A DNA stretch of 64,000 nucleotides from the NCBI GenBank assembly GCA_041662625.1, contig JBAZSB010000001.1, positions 471,093-535,092 on the forward strand. The letters run 5' to 3'. The position numbers were made by a program, and so were the translations under genes. The notes beneath the pieces were generated by a model. It was given only the letters and a program-made list of their open reading frames with translations. It did not search any database and was not told the origin of the DNA. Of this stretch, positions 1-11,051 are shown piece by piece. Origin of the DNA: Patescibacteria group bacterium (GTDB lineage Bacteria > Patescibacteriota > Patescibacteriia > Buchananbacterales > UBA6539). The number at the start of each line of letters is the position of its first letter. The stretch's first letter is position 1.

Positions 1-582
1 GGAAGTAATCCTGGGACAATGATAATTTTTAGAATTATACAGATAAAAAGCCGGATAAGGTAAAGAATCCAAATCCTCAATTAATTCTCGCCGTTTATTG
101 ACCACAACCTTATTCTGATTATCTCGATAAGCTAAACCATCAATAGTTTCCAAAGCTTTCCCTGAGACTAATTCAAGCAAAGTAATTTCACCCTCCCCAA
201 AAACTGCAAAATCAAAATTGTGCTTCTCAACCACTTCCGCTGGAAAAATCGAGGAATGAACGCCACCGGCAATAACTTTTATTGAATTATCAAATGATTT
301 AATCCGATTAACTAAATCACTGGCATCTTTTAATAGGCCAGTGGTAAAAGTAATACCAACAAAATTTGGTTGGAACCTCTTTAAGGATAGATCCAAATCC
401 TTCAAAGGTTCTTGAGAAATACTTAAATCCAAAATCTGAGTTGGATAACCGTCATCTAATAAGGCTGCCGCTAAAGCGGCTAAAGAGAGATAAGGAATAT
501 GAGGGATTGCTACACTAATCTTTGATTCCTTAAAAATTTTAATGGCGGTACTAGGACAAATTAATAGAACTCGTGCTTTCAT
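1..582 (-). CDS. B12-binding radical SAM protein (N-terminal part, runs off window start)
   Basis: Manual translation from ATG 582: MKARVLLICPS...PYLSLAALAAAL...VGITFTT...IAGGVHSS...FGEGEITL...DLDSLPYP, the typical cobalamin-binding domain of class B radical SAM enzymes; not in the ORF track. Confidence 0.8.
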   Translation of the reverse strand, partial: MKARVLLICPSTAIKIFKESKISVAIPHIPYLSLAALAAALLDDGYPTQILDLSISQEPLKDLDLSLKRFQPNFVGITFTTGLLKDASDLVNRIKSFDNSIKVIAGGVHSSIFPAEVVEKHNFDFAVFGEGEITLLELVSGKALETIDGLAYRDNQNKVVVNKRRELIEDLDSLPYPAFYLYNSKNYHCPRITS

Positions 583-684
583 TATTCAAATTATTAGCTT
601 GATTATTAATCAATAATACCTTATCATTATTATATAAAATTTGTTTTTGGTCAAGGCTGATTTAAAATTTTTTATCATTAATTT

Positions 685-1803
685 ATGGCTCAACCAAGCA
701 AAATTTTATATCTTGTTACCCAATCAGAATGGGGCGGCGCCCAGCGCTATATTTTTGATTTAGCAACGCATCTTGCCAGTGACTATAAAGTCGCTGTTGC
801 CGCTGGTGGTAATGATGAGTTATTTGCCAAATTAGACGAAAAAAATGTTGAAAATTACAAATTAAAAAATTTAGTCCGCCAGATTAATTTGACAAAAGAC
901 ATCCAAGCTTACTTTGAAATTAAAAAATTAATAAAAAAAATTAAACCGGATATTTTACACCTCAATAGTAGTAAAGCCGGAGTTATTGGCGCCATTGCTG
1001 GCCGACATGCCAATGTAAAAAAAATAATCTATACCGTTCATGGCTTTGTTTTCAATGAACCGATGGCCGGTTGGCAAAAACAAATTTATATTTGGGCAGA
1101 AAAATTCTCTGCTAAATATAAAGATAAATTAATTTGCGTTTCGGAATATGACCGACAGGTGGGAATTAAAAATAAAATTACTTCCGCAGATAAATTAATT
1201 ACTATCAATAATGGTATTGAACCAATAAGTTTTTTGAATAAAGCAACTGCCAGACAACAACTAAACTTACCGCCAGATAAAATAATTGTCGGAACTATTG
1301 CTAATTTCTATTTAACTAAAGGTTTAGCTTACTTGATTACGGCGGCCAAAGAAATTATAAAAATTATGCCCGACGTTATTTTCCGACTAATCGGCTTTGG
1401 GCGGCTAGAAAACCAACTCAAAACTGAAATTAAAAAGTTAAACTTAGAAAATAAAATTTATTTGGGAAAAGTTGAAAACGCCAAAGAATATCTGCTAGCT
1501 TTTGATCTCTTTGTTTTACCTTCAGTCAAGGAAGGCTTTTCTTATACGATTTTAGAAGCCATGCAAGCCGGCCTACCGATTGTGGCTACTTTGGTTGGTG
1601 GACTACCAGAAATGATTTCTGACAGCAATAATGGCTTATTAGTTCCGCCAGCTGATCCTAATGCATTGGCCCAAGCAATAATTAAACTTTTAGAAAATAA
1701 AGACTTGGCCACTCAATTAGGCAACCAAGCGAAAATCGACGTTAATCAAAAGTTTAGTTTGGCTAAAATGATTTCTGAAACAGCAAAAGTTTATCAAAGC
1801 TAA
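685..1803 (+). CDS. Glycosyltransferase family 4
   Basis: GGAQR, HLNSSKAG, TVHG and EGFSYTILEAMQAG (ExF..EA) motifs. Confidence 0.92.
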   Translation: MAQPSKILYLVTQSEWGGAQRYIFDLATHLASDYKVAVAAGGNDELFAKLDEKNVENYKLKNLVRQINLTKDIQAYFEIKKLIKKIKPDILHLNSSKAGVIGAIAGRHANVKKIIYTVHGFVFNEPMAGWQKQIYIWAEKFSAKYKDKLICVSEYDRQVGIKNKITSADKLITINNGIEPISFLNKATARQQLNLPPDKIIVGTIANFYLTKGLAYLITAAKEIIKIMPDVIFRLIGFGRLENQLKTEIKKLNLENKIYLGKVENAKEYLLAFDLFVLPSVKEGFSYTILEAMQAGLPIVATLVGGLPEMISDSNNGLLVPPADPNALAQAIIKLLENKDLATQLGNQAKIDVNQKFSLAKMISETAKVYQS

Positions 1804-1804
1804 A

Positions 1805-3463
1805 TTATTGCCAGTGATAAACGGCAAAGACGTTGCGGCCATCAGGCCGTTTTATTGTTTCTGGTTTTATATCTTTTAGCTGCTCGGCTAATGCTGCTGC
1901 ACCAGTAGTTCTTTCCTCAGCAGGTTTTTGTAACATGCTGGAATCAATAATCTTAAAAAAGTAGAAATCACCAACTCCCTGTTCAGTCCAAAATTTTTGA
2001 TTTTCTTTTAGGTAATCGTCAGCTGTTATGATTGGCCAACCTTGATAAACCATCCGGCGATGGAAAAGCCAAAGGGTGGCTAAATCATACATATTGCCAT
2101 CGTAAATCAGCAAAATAGGGGCTGGTTTTAACTTTTCCTTTTCCGCCCTCACTAAAGACTTGGCTTTAATATCTTCTAGAAATGGATAGCTGGCGGTGAA
2201 AGTGACAGCGGGTTTTTTATTATTTAACAGTTGGATTAAATATGTGTCTAATTGGTTATAACCATAACTATAACTTTCCTTTTTTAATTGAGAATAAGTG
2301 ATATTTTCCCAACCTAATGGATGGTAAACAAGTAAAGTATTAATTGTAAAAAATAACTCAAAAATCGCTAAAATTAGCAAGAAAATAACAACAATTAATT
2401 TCTTCTGCTGGGCGACAAACCAAGCGACTAATAAAACAATGAAGGGAACAACCAAACTTAAAAAACGGGGTAACGGTCCAATCAATAAAAATAAGAATAG
2501 ATAACTAAAAATAGTTAAAAGCAAAAGACCCAGTTTTTGGTCATGATGCTTCTTAAGATAATACAAAGCAAAAAATACACTGACAACTGTAAACAAAAAC
2601 ATCGGCCCCAAAATTCCAAAAAACAAATTGGGTATTAGATCAAGCAGGCGGCTGGAAAAACTGCCGATTTGCATTTTGCCGGGCAAATACTGCCATTCCC
2701 CTACCGTTTGACCGAAAAGATAGGAAAATTGCAGGTCAAAATGATTAGTCGCTTGATACAATTTAATATTATAGATTAGCACCGGACTAAAAATCAAAAC
2801 TGCTAAAACCAAACCCAGCCAAAAACCTTTTTTCTTCAGCTGATCTCGATTGGTAAAAAACGAGTAAATTAAAAAAATCGGAAAAATAATAAAGGCCGTA
2901 TATTTTGTCAGCATTGCTAAACCCAAACTAATCCCCCACTGCCAGTGCTGCCTATCAGTTAAATTTTTAAAAAATAAATAAAATGTTAATAAACTGAAAA
3001 AAATTACTAATGATTCTTGTAAACCAATCCGGCTGACCCAGCTATGGTTAACTGAAACGGCTAAAAGTAGGGCCGCGAATAAACCAACTTCTTTGCCAAA
3101 AAGCTTGCGGCCAATTAAATAAATTAAAAAAACCGACCCCACTCCAGCTAAGACAAAAGGCAAGCGCAAAACCAATAAACTTTGACCGAATAGACTAAAA
3201 AATAAATGCTGAATCAGAAAAACCAAAGGCGGATGATCATGGAAAGATAATTTAACCCAAAAAGGCAGGTTATCAGAAAACCACTCATAAGGAGTGGTCT
3301 GATAGGGTGAGGCAAAAAAATCAAGGTAGCCGACTGAACGAAAAGCAATTAAAGCTTCATCGGTAATTACATCAGCACTAGTCAGATGATAAAACCTTAA
3401 AAACAAAGCCAGAATAATAATTCCTAAAATAAGCCAATGCTCTTTTTTCATAATAAGTTTCAA
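1805..3463 (-). CDS. ArnT/PMT-like (GT-C fold) polytopic glycosyltransferase
   Basis: DEA motif, HDHPPL, RLP, LTKY; many TM segments. Confidence 0.85.
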   Translation of the reverse strand: MKLIMKKEHWLILGIIILALFLRFYHLTSADVITDEALIAFRSVGYLDFFASPYQTTPYEWFSDNLPFWVKLSFHDHPPLVFLIQHLFFSLFGQSLLVLRLPFVLAGVGSVFLIYLIGRKLFGKEVGLFAALLLAVSVNHSWVSRIGLQESLVIFFSLLTFYLFFKNLTDRQHWQWGISLGLAMLTKYTAFIIFPIFLIYSFFTNRDQLKKKGFWLGLVLAVLIFSPVLIYNIKLYQATNHFDLQFSYLFGQTVGEWQYLPGKMQIGSFSSRLLDLIPNLFFGILGPMFLFTVVSVFFALYYLKKHHDQKLGLLLLTIFSYLFLFLLIGPLPRFLSLVVPFIVLLVAWFVAQQKKLIVVIFLLILAIFELFFTINTLLVYHPLGWENITYSQLKKESYSYGYNQLDTYLIQLLNNKKPAVTFTASYPFLEDIKAKSLVRAEKEKLKPAPILLIYDGNMYDLATLWLFHRRMVYQGWPIITADDYLKENQKFWTEQGVGDFYFFKIIDSSMLQKPAEERTTGAAALAEQLKDIKPETIKRPDGRNVFAVYHWQ

Positions 3464-3530
3464 CTCTAATCAGCAAAATGTTCTCCCAATGTAAAGTTTG
3501 GGATTACAGATTTTATTTGACTAACCAAAA

Positions 3531-4208
3531 TTAACGGATTAATTTTTGGATTTCCTGTTTAACTATTTCGTCATCCGGATAAATTTCTAAGTGTTGACGA
3601 TAATAGTCAATAGCCTCTTCTGTGCGACCCTGACTTTGATAAAAATTTGCCAAGAGTGCCATTAAATCGCTTCTCGGATTATTTTTAATGCCTTCCAATA
3701 ATATTTCTTCGGCTTTTTTGGGGTCCTTGAGATTATCCAGGTAAAAAGAAAAGAAATTCCGATAGAACATGGCATTCTTTTCCTCACCCATTGAATTTTC
3801 AATTGCTTTACGTATTACTGGCTCAACTTTATCATATTCTTTGGTAAAATTAATGTATAAATCCGCTAAATTATTAAAGGAAATGCTGTTACTCGGCCGA
3901 TATTCACCGGCTTTAAACCAAGCAGCTTCGGCTCCTTTGTAATCACCCAGGTGTTTTTTAATCATTCCTAATTCCAGCCAACCATCCAATTGATCAGGGT
4001 TTTCATTAAGTGATGAGACAGCTTTATCAAATCGCTCTTGATATTCTTTTTTTTGCCAATCAGCCAAATTTTGATCAACCACTTTGAATTCAAATAAATT
4101 ATTTTCTTCTACCGGCACTCCACTCTTCGGCCAATAATAATAGGCTAAAAAGCCAACTGCTCCCAGCAAAATAACAAGGGCGATAAGAGATTGAATTTTT
4201 TTGTTCAT
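3531..4208 (-). CDS. Membrane-anchored TPR protein
   Basis: N-terminal TM segment; TPR-like repeats (WLELG..., FNNLADLY, LANFYQSQGRTEEAIDYY). Confidence 0.8.
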   Translation of the reverse strand: MNKKIQSLIALVILLGAVGFLAYYYWPKSGVPVEENNLFEFKVVDQNLADWQKKEYQERFDKAVSSLNENPDQLDGWLELGMIKKHLGDYKGAEAAWFKAGEYRPSNSISFNNLADLYINFTKEYDKVEPVIRKAIENSMGEEKNAMFYRNFFSFYLDNLKDPKKAEEILLEGIKNNPRSDLMALLANFYQSQGRTEEAIDYYRQHLEIYPDDEIVKQEIQKLIR

Positions 4209-4215
4209 AGGTTTT

Positions 4216-5970
4216 TTAATTATTTAATTTTAATTTATAAACTTTAAAAGAAAGTTCATTGTTAATATTATAGATATCATGGACCTCAACAGCTATTGGT
4301 TCAAAGGCTTGCGCAACCTGGGCCGCAGCAAGCTGATTTATTTTTTGTTCATTATCGGTTACCAAAAATTTATTAAGTCCCCAAATATAATAGACATCTT
4401 TTACTTTGGCTTGCCCCAAAAAGTCTAACCACTGGTCAAAGGGGACAAATCGTCCTAGCTCAGCCGCCGAAATAAAAGTTACTTTATAATAAATTGCCCA
4501 GCGGCGGAAATACCAAAGGGAAGCAAACCAATTAAGCGTTGGATCATAGATAAAAAAATCTTTGCCAGCCAAATCTTTGGTTGTATCAACCATTAAATCA
4601 CCAGATTTATTAATAGTAATCATTTTGTCCTGATTAAAATTGTGAATTTGTGACAAATAGTTTTCTAACTGATTAAAACCATGGTTTTCAAAACGGCTAT
4701 TTGAGTAATGCTTTACTGGCTGACCGACGGGCTTTAAAAAAATATTGGTATTCAAATTATAAAGTAACTCAATAATAATTATAGAAGTTAGAACCAAAAA
4801 ATAAACCGCCATTTTTATTTTTTTACCAAGACGTTTTAACAAATGTGGATCTTGATATATCTGAATAACTCCCCAAGCCAAAATAATAGCCAAAAATGGA
4901 CTAATTATTGATAAGTAGCGGTCGCCCGCCCCAATGAACATGAACTGAACAATTATAAAAAATAAAGCCAATAAAACCAAAAAATTTTTATCGTTTTTAA
5001 AATTTAAAAAAGTAAAAAATATAAAATAGAAAAAGCAAGCTAAAAGGGCTAAACAGACTGGCAAAGAAGCTGACTGATAAATTACTGAAAAAATATTGAT
5101 TAATTCATTAAAATGATTCTGAGTTAAATTATTTTGGGCAAATATCGGCCAATCATTGGAAATATCCTGCCGAAATAACTGAGAAAACTGCAGATCAAAA
5201 TGTTGCCTCGTCTGGTAAAGTTCAATATTATAAAACACAACAGGGGAAATAACCAAAAAAGCAATAACCATACCAGCAATTAAATACCTACTGATAAATT
5301 GTTTTCTTTCTTTAAACAGAAGATAAAAGAAAACAACAGGAATTATAAAAAGAGTAACATACTTAGTCAAAAGGCAAAGACCCAGACTTAATCCGAAAAA
5401 AATAAAATAAAAATTATTTTTTAAACTCAACAAAAATAAAAGTAAGGTCAGAATTATAAAAAATATAGAAATGCCTTCCAAATAACCAATCCGGCTGATC
5501 CAGCTAAAATAGGAAAAAACCGCCAAAAATAAACTGGCAAGTAATGCCGTCTTTTCCCCATAAAGTTGTTTAACCAAAAAATAAAGCAAGATAACTGAGC
5601 CAACTCCAGCCAAAGCAAAAGGTAATTTGGCGGTAAAATTAGAGATGCCAAAAACTTTAAAAAACAAATGTTGAATCATAAAAACTAAAGGCGGCGCATC
5701 ATGAAAAGACAATTTTGACCACCAAGGGATATTACTAAACCAAACAATTGGGGTAGTTTGGGTATTAACAGAATCAACAAAATCAAAATAACCAATTGCT
5801 CGAAAGGAGTAAATGGCATCATCAGCTTGAATATCAGCCCGGTTAAGACGGAAAAAAATCAAAAAAGAAGCTAAAACAACAATTAAAAATAGCCACAACC
5901 AAGGCTTTTTTAAAAAACTTTTATGCTCCATAGATAATCTAATTTTATCAATAAATTTGATTTTTTTCAA
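4216..5970 (-). CDS. ArnT/PMT-like glycosyltransferase, paralog of 1805-3463 (start may be ATG 5931)
   Basis: DDA, HDAPPL, KLP, LTKY; shares KLSFHDxPPLVF.IQHLFF with its neighbour. Confidence 0.85.
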   Translation of the reverse strand: MKKIKFIDKIRLSMEHKSFLKKPWLWLFLIVVLASFLIFFRLNRADIQADDAIYSFRAIGYFDFVDSVNTQTTPIVWFSNIPWWSKLSFHDAPPLVFMIQHLFFKVFGISNFTAKLPFALAGVGSVILLYFLVKQLYGEKTALLASLFLAVFSYFSWISRIGYLEGISIFFIILTLLLFLLSLKNNFYFIFFGLSLGLCLLTKYVTLFIIPVVFFYLLFKERKQFISRYLIAGMVIAFLVISPVVFYNIELYQTRQHFDLQFSQLFRQDISNDWPIFAQNNLTQNHFNELINIFSVIYQSASLPVCLALLACFFYFIFFTFLNFKNDKNFLVLLALFFIIVQFMFIGAGDRYLSIISPFLAIILAWGVIQIYQDPHLLKRLGKKIKMAVYFLVLTSIIIIELLYNLNTNIFLKPVGQPVKHYSNSRFENHGFNQLENYLSQIHNFNQDKMITINKSGDLMVDTTKDLAGKDFFIYDPTLNWFASLWYFRRWAIYYKVTFISAAELGRFVPFDQWLDFLGQAKVKDVYYIWGLNKFLVTDNEQKINQLAAAQVAQAFEPIAVEVHDIYNINNELSFKVYKLKLNN

Positions 5971-6011
5971 GGTTTACCCAATCAGAAACAAAATTTCTAA
6001 TGGAGTAAAAC

Positions 6012-6060
6012 AAAGAGCCCCTCCCCCCGCCGTGAGGCGGGAAAAGAGGAGCTCTTCTTT
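6012..6060. terminator. GC-rich hairpin downstream of the S-layer gene
   Basis: AAGAGC..CCTC..CCCGCC-GTGA-GGCGGG..GAGGAGCTCTT with flanking A/T runs. Confidence 0.65.
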
Positions 6061-6100
6061 ATCGTTTCAACTTTTACTTACAAGAGGAAAACTGGCTTAA

Positions 6101-9100
6101 TTATTTACTCCAAGTAGTACCACTAGTCGTGGCTGATATATAAGATGGAGGAGAACCAGCATCCGTTACTAAGTAGCCATTATACCACTGCTCGGCTGTT
6201 GAAGTACAAGTACTTGAGGAATTCTTTGTACCCGACATCCTCCACCAATCAGTCCAAACGAAATTATAGAGTTCACCATAATTATAAGCGCTTGGATCTT
6301 TCAAGTAGAGAGCGAGATTACTGCCACCCGTAGTGATAGCAGACGAATCAGCCATGAATTTAGTGTTGACTGTACCACCAGTTGGAGTAGTCGGATGACT
6401 ACAGAAACTTGAAGCACATTCGATATCACCCTTCACCTGATAAGTCTGGGAACTACCAGCAGCAATGATTGATTCGCTGGGCAGTAAATTGGTCAGAGCT
6501 GTGCCTACTGCGAAAGCTGGAATTGCACCGTCAGTGGTCAAGAAAAACTTCTGAACAATAGTACCCTTACTTCCACCGGCGTCAATGAATGTTGAAGAAG
6601 CTGTCCCGACTTTTGTTCCACCAGCATACAAGTAGACGTTGGTAACAGTAGCAGTAGTAGTAGTCATTAAGAAACTAACACTCATTAAACCAATATCACC
6701 ACCGCTATCAGCCGCCACGGTAAACTGACTTAAGACTTTGGTATTAGTCCCAGCCGGAATTGTTCCACCGGTTTCAGTTAAGGTAACCTTAGGAATACTT
6801 CTGACTAAGGTCAAGCTTTTACCACTAGCAGTACTTAAGCTAGCTGTAACTTCTTGACCGGACTCAGCACCTTTAGCTACGATGTCACCAGCACCGCTGA
6901 TTGACAGATAGAAACCTTGATAAGAAGATGCAAAACCAGCAGTATCACCATTAAGCTCATAATTTACTACCGGCGTATCAACCTTAAAGGTTAAGGTAAC
7001 TGTAGTGTCTTTTGGTATTACTAATGGATTACTGGTGAGATCCAATAAAGCAGTTTTACTGGCCGCATCAGTGGCAGTTGGCACTACTGAGCCAACTAAA
7101 GTACTACCATTATACAGGTATAATGTATCGATCTGATCAAAGCCACCGCTGTTGACCTGTTCGGCGGTAACATACATCTTTTCAATGTTAATGTTTTCCT
7201 TTGTCCCCTGAATCAATAATACTGCAGCACTAACACCAGCAGTATTACCTGGAATAAAGCCGGCTTTGGGTGTAGCGGATGATTGGGTTAAAGTCAAAGT
7301 CCCAGTAGTAGTAAATGTTTGGGCTTGACCATCGCTTTGGCTAACAGTAATTATTGCATCTAAAGCGCTACTATTACCTTTGGCTGTGATATGGTCAGAA
7401 CCAGTCTTATCCGGTAAACCAACGGTAATTGAACCGGAAGTCGCTGAAGTGGCAATATCACCTTTTATCGTTAAGGTTTTACTTGTTCCCTTGGTAATGA
7501 CTAAGGGTGTAGACAAGGTAAAGGTGGAGGTAGCGGAATTACCAGCTGCAGTCTTGCCGGAAGTATCGGAATCCGGATCATTGGTCACGGAAAGTTCCGT
7601 ACTACCATTCCACAAGCTCCAGTTAGAAACTTGTGACGGATTAGCAGTTGAAGAATGGACTGCTACTTTAACGGCAGTAACCTTAATATCTTCACCAGAA
7701 GATTCGGCGCCGATAATAATATTAGCAAAGGTATGACCTTTGGTTCCGCCTACAACTGTTGCTGCACCCGGAGTCGGTGAAACTGAAATGGCTAAAGCTG
7801 CACTTTGAACAGTCATCGTTGCCGAAGTCTGCTCAGAATATGGGGTCGGATAAATAGTTAAACCGGTATTTTCACCCTTCGCTACGATTGTGGCAGCTGT
7901 GGCTGAAACGGCAGGTTTAATGTGAGCAATAATCGTATCACCAGTGCCAAAATCTGAATCTAAGTCGGCTTTAACCGTGTAAATATGGACCCCGACAGGA
8001 ACAGTAACCGTGTCAGTAGAAGTAGCTACTAATATAGCTGTTTTAGTAGTACCACCGTCGTCATAATACTTTAATGTTGGATCATCTGGACCAGCAACAA
8101 TTACACCATTTTCGTCATAAACACTCACATTTGTTAAGTCAACTGTGGTGTCAGTGCCTAAATTGCCAGTAGAAGTAGTTATTTTGAAAGCAATCGGCAA
8201 AGACGTAATTTCAACCGCTTCGCCTTTGGCTTCAAACTCAAACTTGCCTAAAACTATCTGGGTATCATCTTCTGGAATATTGGCATTACTTAAGGTGGAT
8301 GAACCAATTCTTAGAGAACCGGTACTAACGGTGGTAAGAGGCGCCGTCCAGAAAGGTTCGGCATCAACAGTACAACCGCTGCCGCAAGCCACTTTGACTT
8401 CTGAACCATAAAGCTGGCCTTTAGCCCGAATATCAGATTCATCATTGACGTCAAAGCGGATGGTTCGAGCAGAACCACTAGCAATATCTAACTGCAGGTC
8501 AAACTGGACTGATCTACCTTTAGCAATTAAGACAGGACTGGCTGATAAATCAAAAGTTACCACACCATCCACAGGTTCGGCCACGGTCTTAACAACAGCA
8601 TCATCAACCAATAAATCTAAATTGGCGACGTCGCTGTCACTGGCGGTTCCCCCTTGCTTGAAGGAAATCTGGGTGACTTTAAAGTCTTCCACTGAACCAG
8701 CAGTTAATTTAACACCGGAAGCGATGTAATTGGTTACGCCAACCTTTTGGGTTGAAGCGCTTGGATTATTACTACCATTGTAAGTCGTCAAAGTACCAAT
8801 GGTCACGGTACCGTTAAGGGTCTGATAATTACCCACTATTGGCAAAGTGCCAATTACGGCGGCAGTCCCGCTCAAAGTAATGCTGTATAAATCCAATGAT
8901 GGGATTTCACCAGCATAGGAAGCAGTCGCCCCCATATTACCAGCGAGGTAAATGGTTTTGGTCGTACCCGCGGTAACGGTAATATCCTTGTTGAATACCG
9001 CCTGATGGGTGGAATTTAAGGTTTTGGTTGTACCAATTCTAACATCAGTAGCGGCATCAATTAAGGCAATTGAACTAAATGGCGTATCAGAGGCCACAGT

Positions 9101-9841
9101 TCCGCCTCGTCTAACAACTAATTGATCAATAACAATGTCACCATCAGCTGAAGCAGTTAGGTTAACCTTGGTAAATTTGTTGTTGATTGAATTAGCAACA
9201 ACAATGCCAGAGGCTGCAGTATCAGAGGCTAAAGCAACAGTTAAACTTGTGCCGGTAGAAACAGCACCGCCACTCGTTAAGTTCTTATCATCATTAATCG
9301 AGGTAGCTGCTGAAGTTTCTGCCGCTTTGTCAAAATCAGAAGCAGCATCAATGTCAGCACCAACGGTGTAGTTGACAAAGAAAGCATCAGAGATATCATC
9401 AACTGATGTTGTTGCCCAATTAGCACCGTATAAAGTTTCGGCAATAGCGCCGGTTGTTACCCAGTGTAAAGTTCCATTAGCTCCAACCGCATAGACTTTA
9501 GGATCAGTATTGATTTTCACTAATTTGACTCCTGGTCTGTAGGTAACATTGCCACCAATAGCATAAGAGCTCATCTCGGTTGAAGAGACGATCTGGACAC
9601 CAGAAAAGTCTGGATACCAAGTTTTATATGTTTTCTCATTTGGGAAAACATATCTCTTGCTATCAGCACCAAGGTAATAAACAGCTTTACAAGGGTCATT
9701 GACCTCAGCACCAGCAGCACACTGGAGCTTAATCAAATCACCGGAAACAGCTGCACCTACTGAGAAGGGAATAGCGAGTATTCCTACTGACCAAACTATA
9801 GTCGCAACGGCAACACTGTAGGTTAATACTTTTTTAATCAT
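6101..9841 (-). CDS. Large secreted S-layer-like / cell-surface beta-sandwich repeat protein
   Basis: Signal peptide; GDLIK..AVYY..RYVFPNEKTYKTWY..VTYRPG N-terminal domain typical of CPR surface proteins; Thr/Ser/Ala/Val-rich, 1246 aa. Confidence 0.75.
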   Translation of the reverse strand: MIKKVLTYSVAVATIVWSVGILAIPFSVGAAVSGDLIKLQCAAGAEVNDPCKAVYYLGADSKRYVFPNEKTYKTWYPDFSGVQIVSSTEMSSYAIGGNVTYRPGVKLVKINTDPKVYAVGANGTLHWVTTGAIAETLYGANWATTSVDDISDAFFVNYTVGADIDAASDFDKAAETSAATSINDDKNLTSGGAVSTGTSLTVALASDTAASGIVVANSINNKFTKVNLTASADGDIVIDQLVVRRGGTVASDTPFSSIALIDAATDVRIGTTKTLNSTHQAVFNKDITVTAGTTKTIYLAGNMGATASYAGEIPSLDLYSITLSGTAAVIGTLPIVGNYQTLNGTVTIGTLTTYNGSNNPSASTQKVGVTNYIASGVKLTAGSVEDFKVTQISFKQGGTASDSDVANLDLLVDDAVVKTVAEPVDGVVTFDLSASPVLIAKGRSVQFDLQLDIASGSARTIRFDVNDESDIRAKGQLYGSEVKVACGSGCTVDAEPFWTAPLTTVSTGSLRIGSSTLSNANIPEDDTQIVLGKFEFEAKGEAVEITSLPIAFKITTSTGNLGTDTTVDLTNVSVYDENGVIVAGPDDPTLKYYDDGGTTKTAILVATSTDTVTVPVGVHIYTVKADLDSDFGTGDTIIAHIKPAVSATAATIVAKGENTGLTIYPTPYSEQTSATMTVQSAALAISVSPTPGAATVVGGTKGHTFANIIIGAESSGEDIKVTAVKVAVHSSTANPSQVSNWSLWNGSTELSVTNDPDSDTSGKTAAGNSATSTFTLSTPLVITKGTSKTLTIKGDIATSATSGSITVGLPDKTGSDHITAKGNSSALDAIITVSQSDGQAQTFTTTGTLTLTQSSATPKAGFIPGNTAGVSAAVLLIQGTKENINIEKMYVTAEQVNSGGFDQIDTLYLYNGSTLVGSVVPTATDAASKTALLDLTSNPLVIPKDTTVTLTFKVDTPVVNYELNGDTAGFASSYQGFYLSISGAGDIVAKGAESGQEVTASLSTASGKSLTLVRSIPKVTLTETGGTIPAGTNTKVLSQFTVAADSGGDIGLMSVSFLMTTTTATVTNVYLYAGGTKVGTASSTFIDAGGSKGTIVQKFFLTTDGAIPAFAVGTALTNLLPSESIIAAGSSQTYQVKGDIECASSFCSHPTTPTGGTVNTKFMADSSAITTGGSNLALYLKDPSAYNYGELYNFVWTDWWRMSGTKNSSSTCTSTAEQWYNGYLVTDAGSPPSYISATTSGTTWSK

Positions 9842-10115
9842 TTTTAATTTTTCCTTTCTTAGTTCATTAATCTCTTTAGTTAGGTTTGATCTTGTTACGC
9901 CTAGGCTAAATTAACAACATCAGCTGAGTCCCGATTTCACATCGGGACATCTAAATCCAGCTGTCCTTGCTCAATTCAAGGTTCCTGCTTTTACAGGATC
10001 GACCTTTGCCTTAAATAAGTAAGGGGATTTAGACCCTAATTGCTCCAAAAAGTCTAATGAACTTTTATTTTACCCAACTTTATATATTAAGCTTGTTGGG
10101 TGCAAAATTACTAAA

Positions 10116-11051
10116 TTATTTAACGCTACTATTAGTACTTGGCTCTATTTCGGCAGCATCTTGTTCTTCTGGTGTCAAAATCTGAATTATTGAAGCTTCT
10201 AATGCATCCCCTTCTTCAGTACTATCTGTCTTAGTTTGATCTGGCTCAACTGGGGTTTCAGCACCATCAATCACACCATTATCTTGATTCGGCTCTTGTT
10301 CTTCAGTCGCCTGATTAGCTTCGGCGACTAACTGCTGAGCGGACAAGCTAGTCTCTTGGGCTGATTGAACGGCTTCAGCTACCATTTGCTCCACCCCCAG
10401 CTTTTCCGCGTCTGATAACCCTTCAACAGTTTTATCAACACTCTTTGCCATCTCTTCAGTCTTGGAACTGACCGTTAGGGCCATCCTTAAAGTTGTTTCT
10501 TTATCTTCAGTAGTGGCGATGTTTTGGTCGGCTTCCTTGATTTTATTCAAATGATCATTGACTGCCACCACATTATTTTTAAATTCTTTAACTACGGCTT
10601 CAATGTTTTTCTTTTTTTGCTGCGGATCAACATTGACTTGGGCGATAATCTTATCAAGTTCAGCCACTCGCTTTTGAGCAAATTCAATTTTTAACTCGAC
10701 TTTGTTTTCATCTCCCGTCACTAAAGCCATGTGAGTCTTTTCTAAGGTTAATTTCAGTGGGTATAAAGTCTCACCGGGCAAACTATAAAAAGCAGCATTA
10801 ATCGTTAAGCTGCTTCCTAAAAATACGCCTAAAACCAAAAGCATAATAAATGCCGGCTCAAACACTAAACGCTGACTTAAAGTTTGAGCTAAAACAGTAA
10901 AGTATCCCTTTAGTCCCACGCCTACTGATTGATATTGGTTTTTTGAATTAATTTGCTGTAATAAAATATCCCGACTCAAAGTTAACCACTCTGATCGGGG
11001 CTGAATCTCTTTTTTTAAACCTTTGATTTCTTGAATGATACTATCTTTCAT
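10116..11051 (-). CDS. Putative anti-sigma factor (DUF5667-like)
   Basis: Overlaps the ECF sigma stop codon; single TM then SLPGETLYPLKLTLEK...FAQKRVAEL. Confidence 0.7.
   Translation of the reverse strand: MKDSIIQEIKGLKKEIQPRSEWLTLSRDILLQQINSKNQYQSVGVGLKGYFTVLAQTLSQRLVFEPAFIMLLVLGVFLGSSLTINAAFYSLPGETLYPLKLTLEKTHMALVTGDENKVELKIEFAQKRVAELDKIIAQVNVDPQQKKKNIEAVVKEFKNNVVAVNDHLNKIKEADQNIATTEDKETTLRMALTVSSKTEEMAKSVDKTVEGLSDAEKLGVEQMVAEAVQSAQETSLSAQQLVAEANQATEEQEPNQDNGVIDGAETPVEPDQTKTDSTEEGDALEASIIQILTPEEQDAAEIEPSTNSSVK

Noticed and set aside
7380-9371. Plus-strand ORFs opposite the S-layer gene, and similar shadow ORFs opposite pilT, korA, aspS, pyrD/pyrK and secY
   Set aside because: Antisense to confident genes, with no motifs or RBS.
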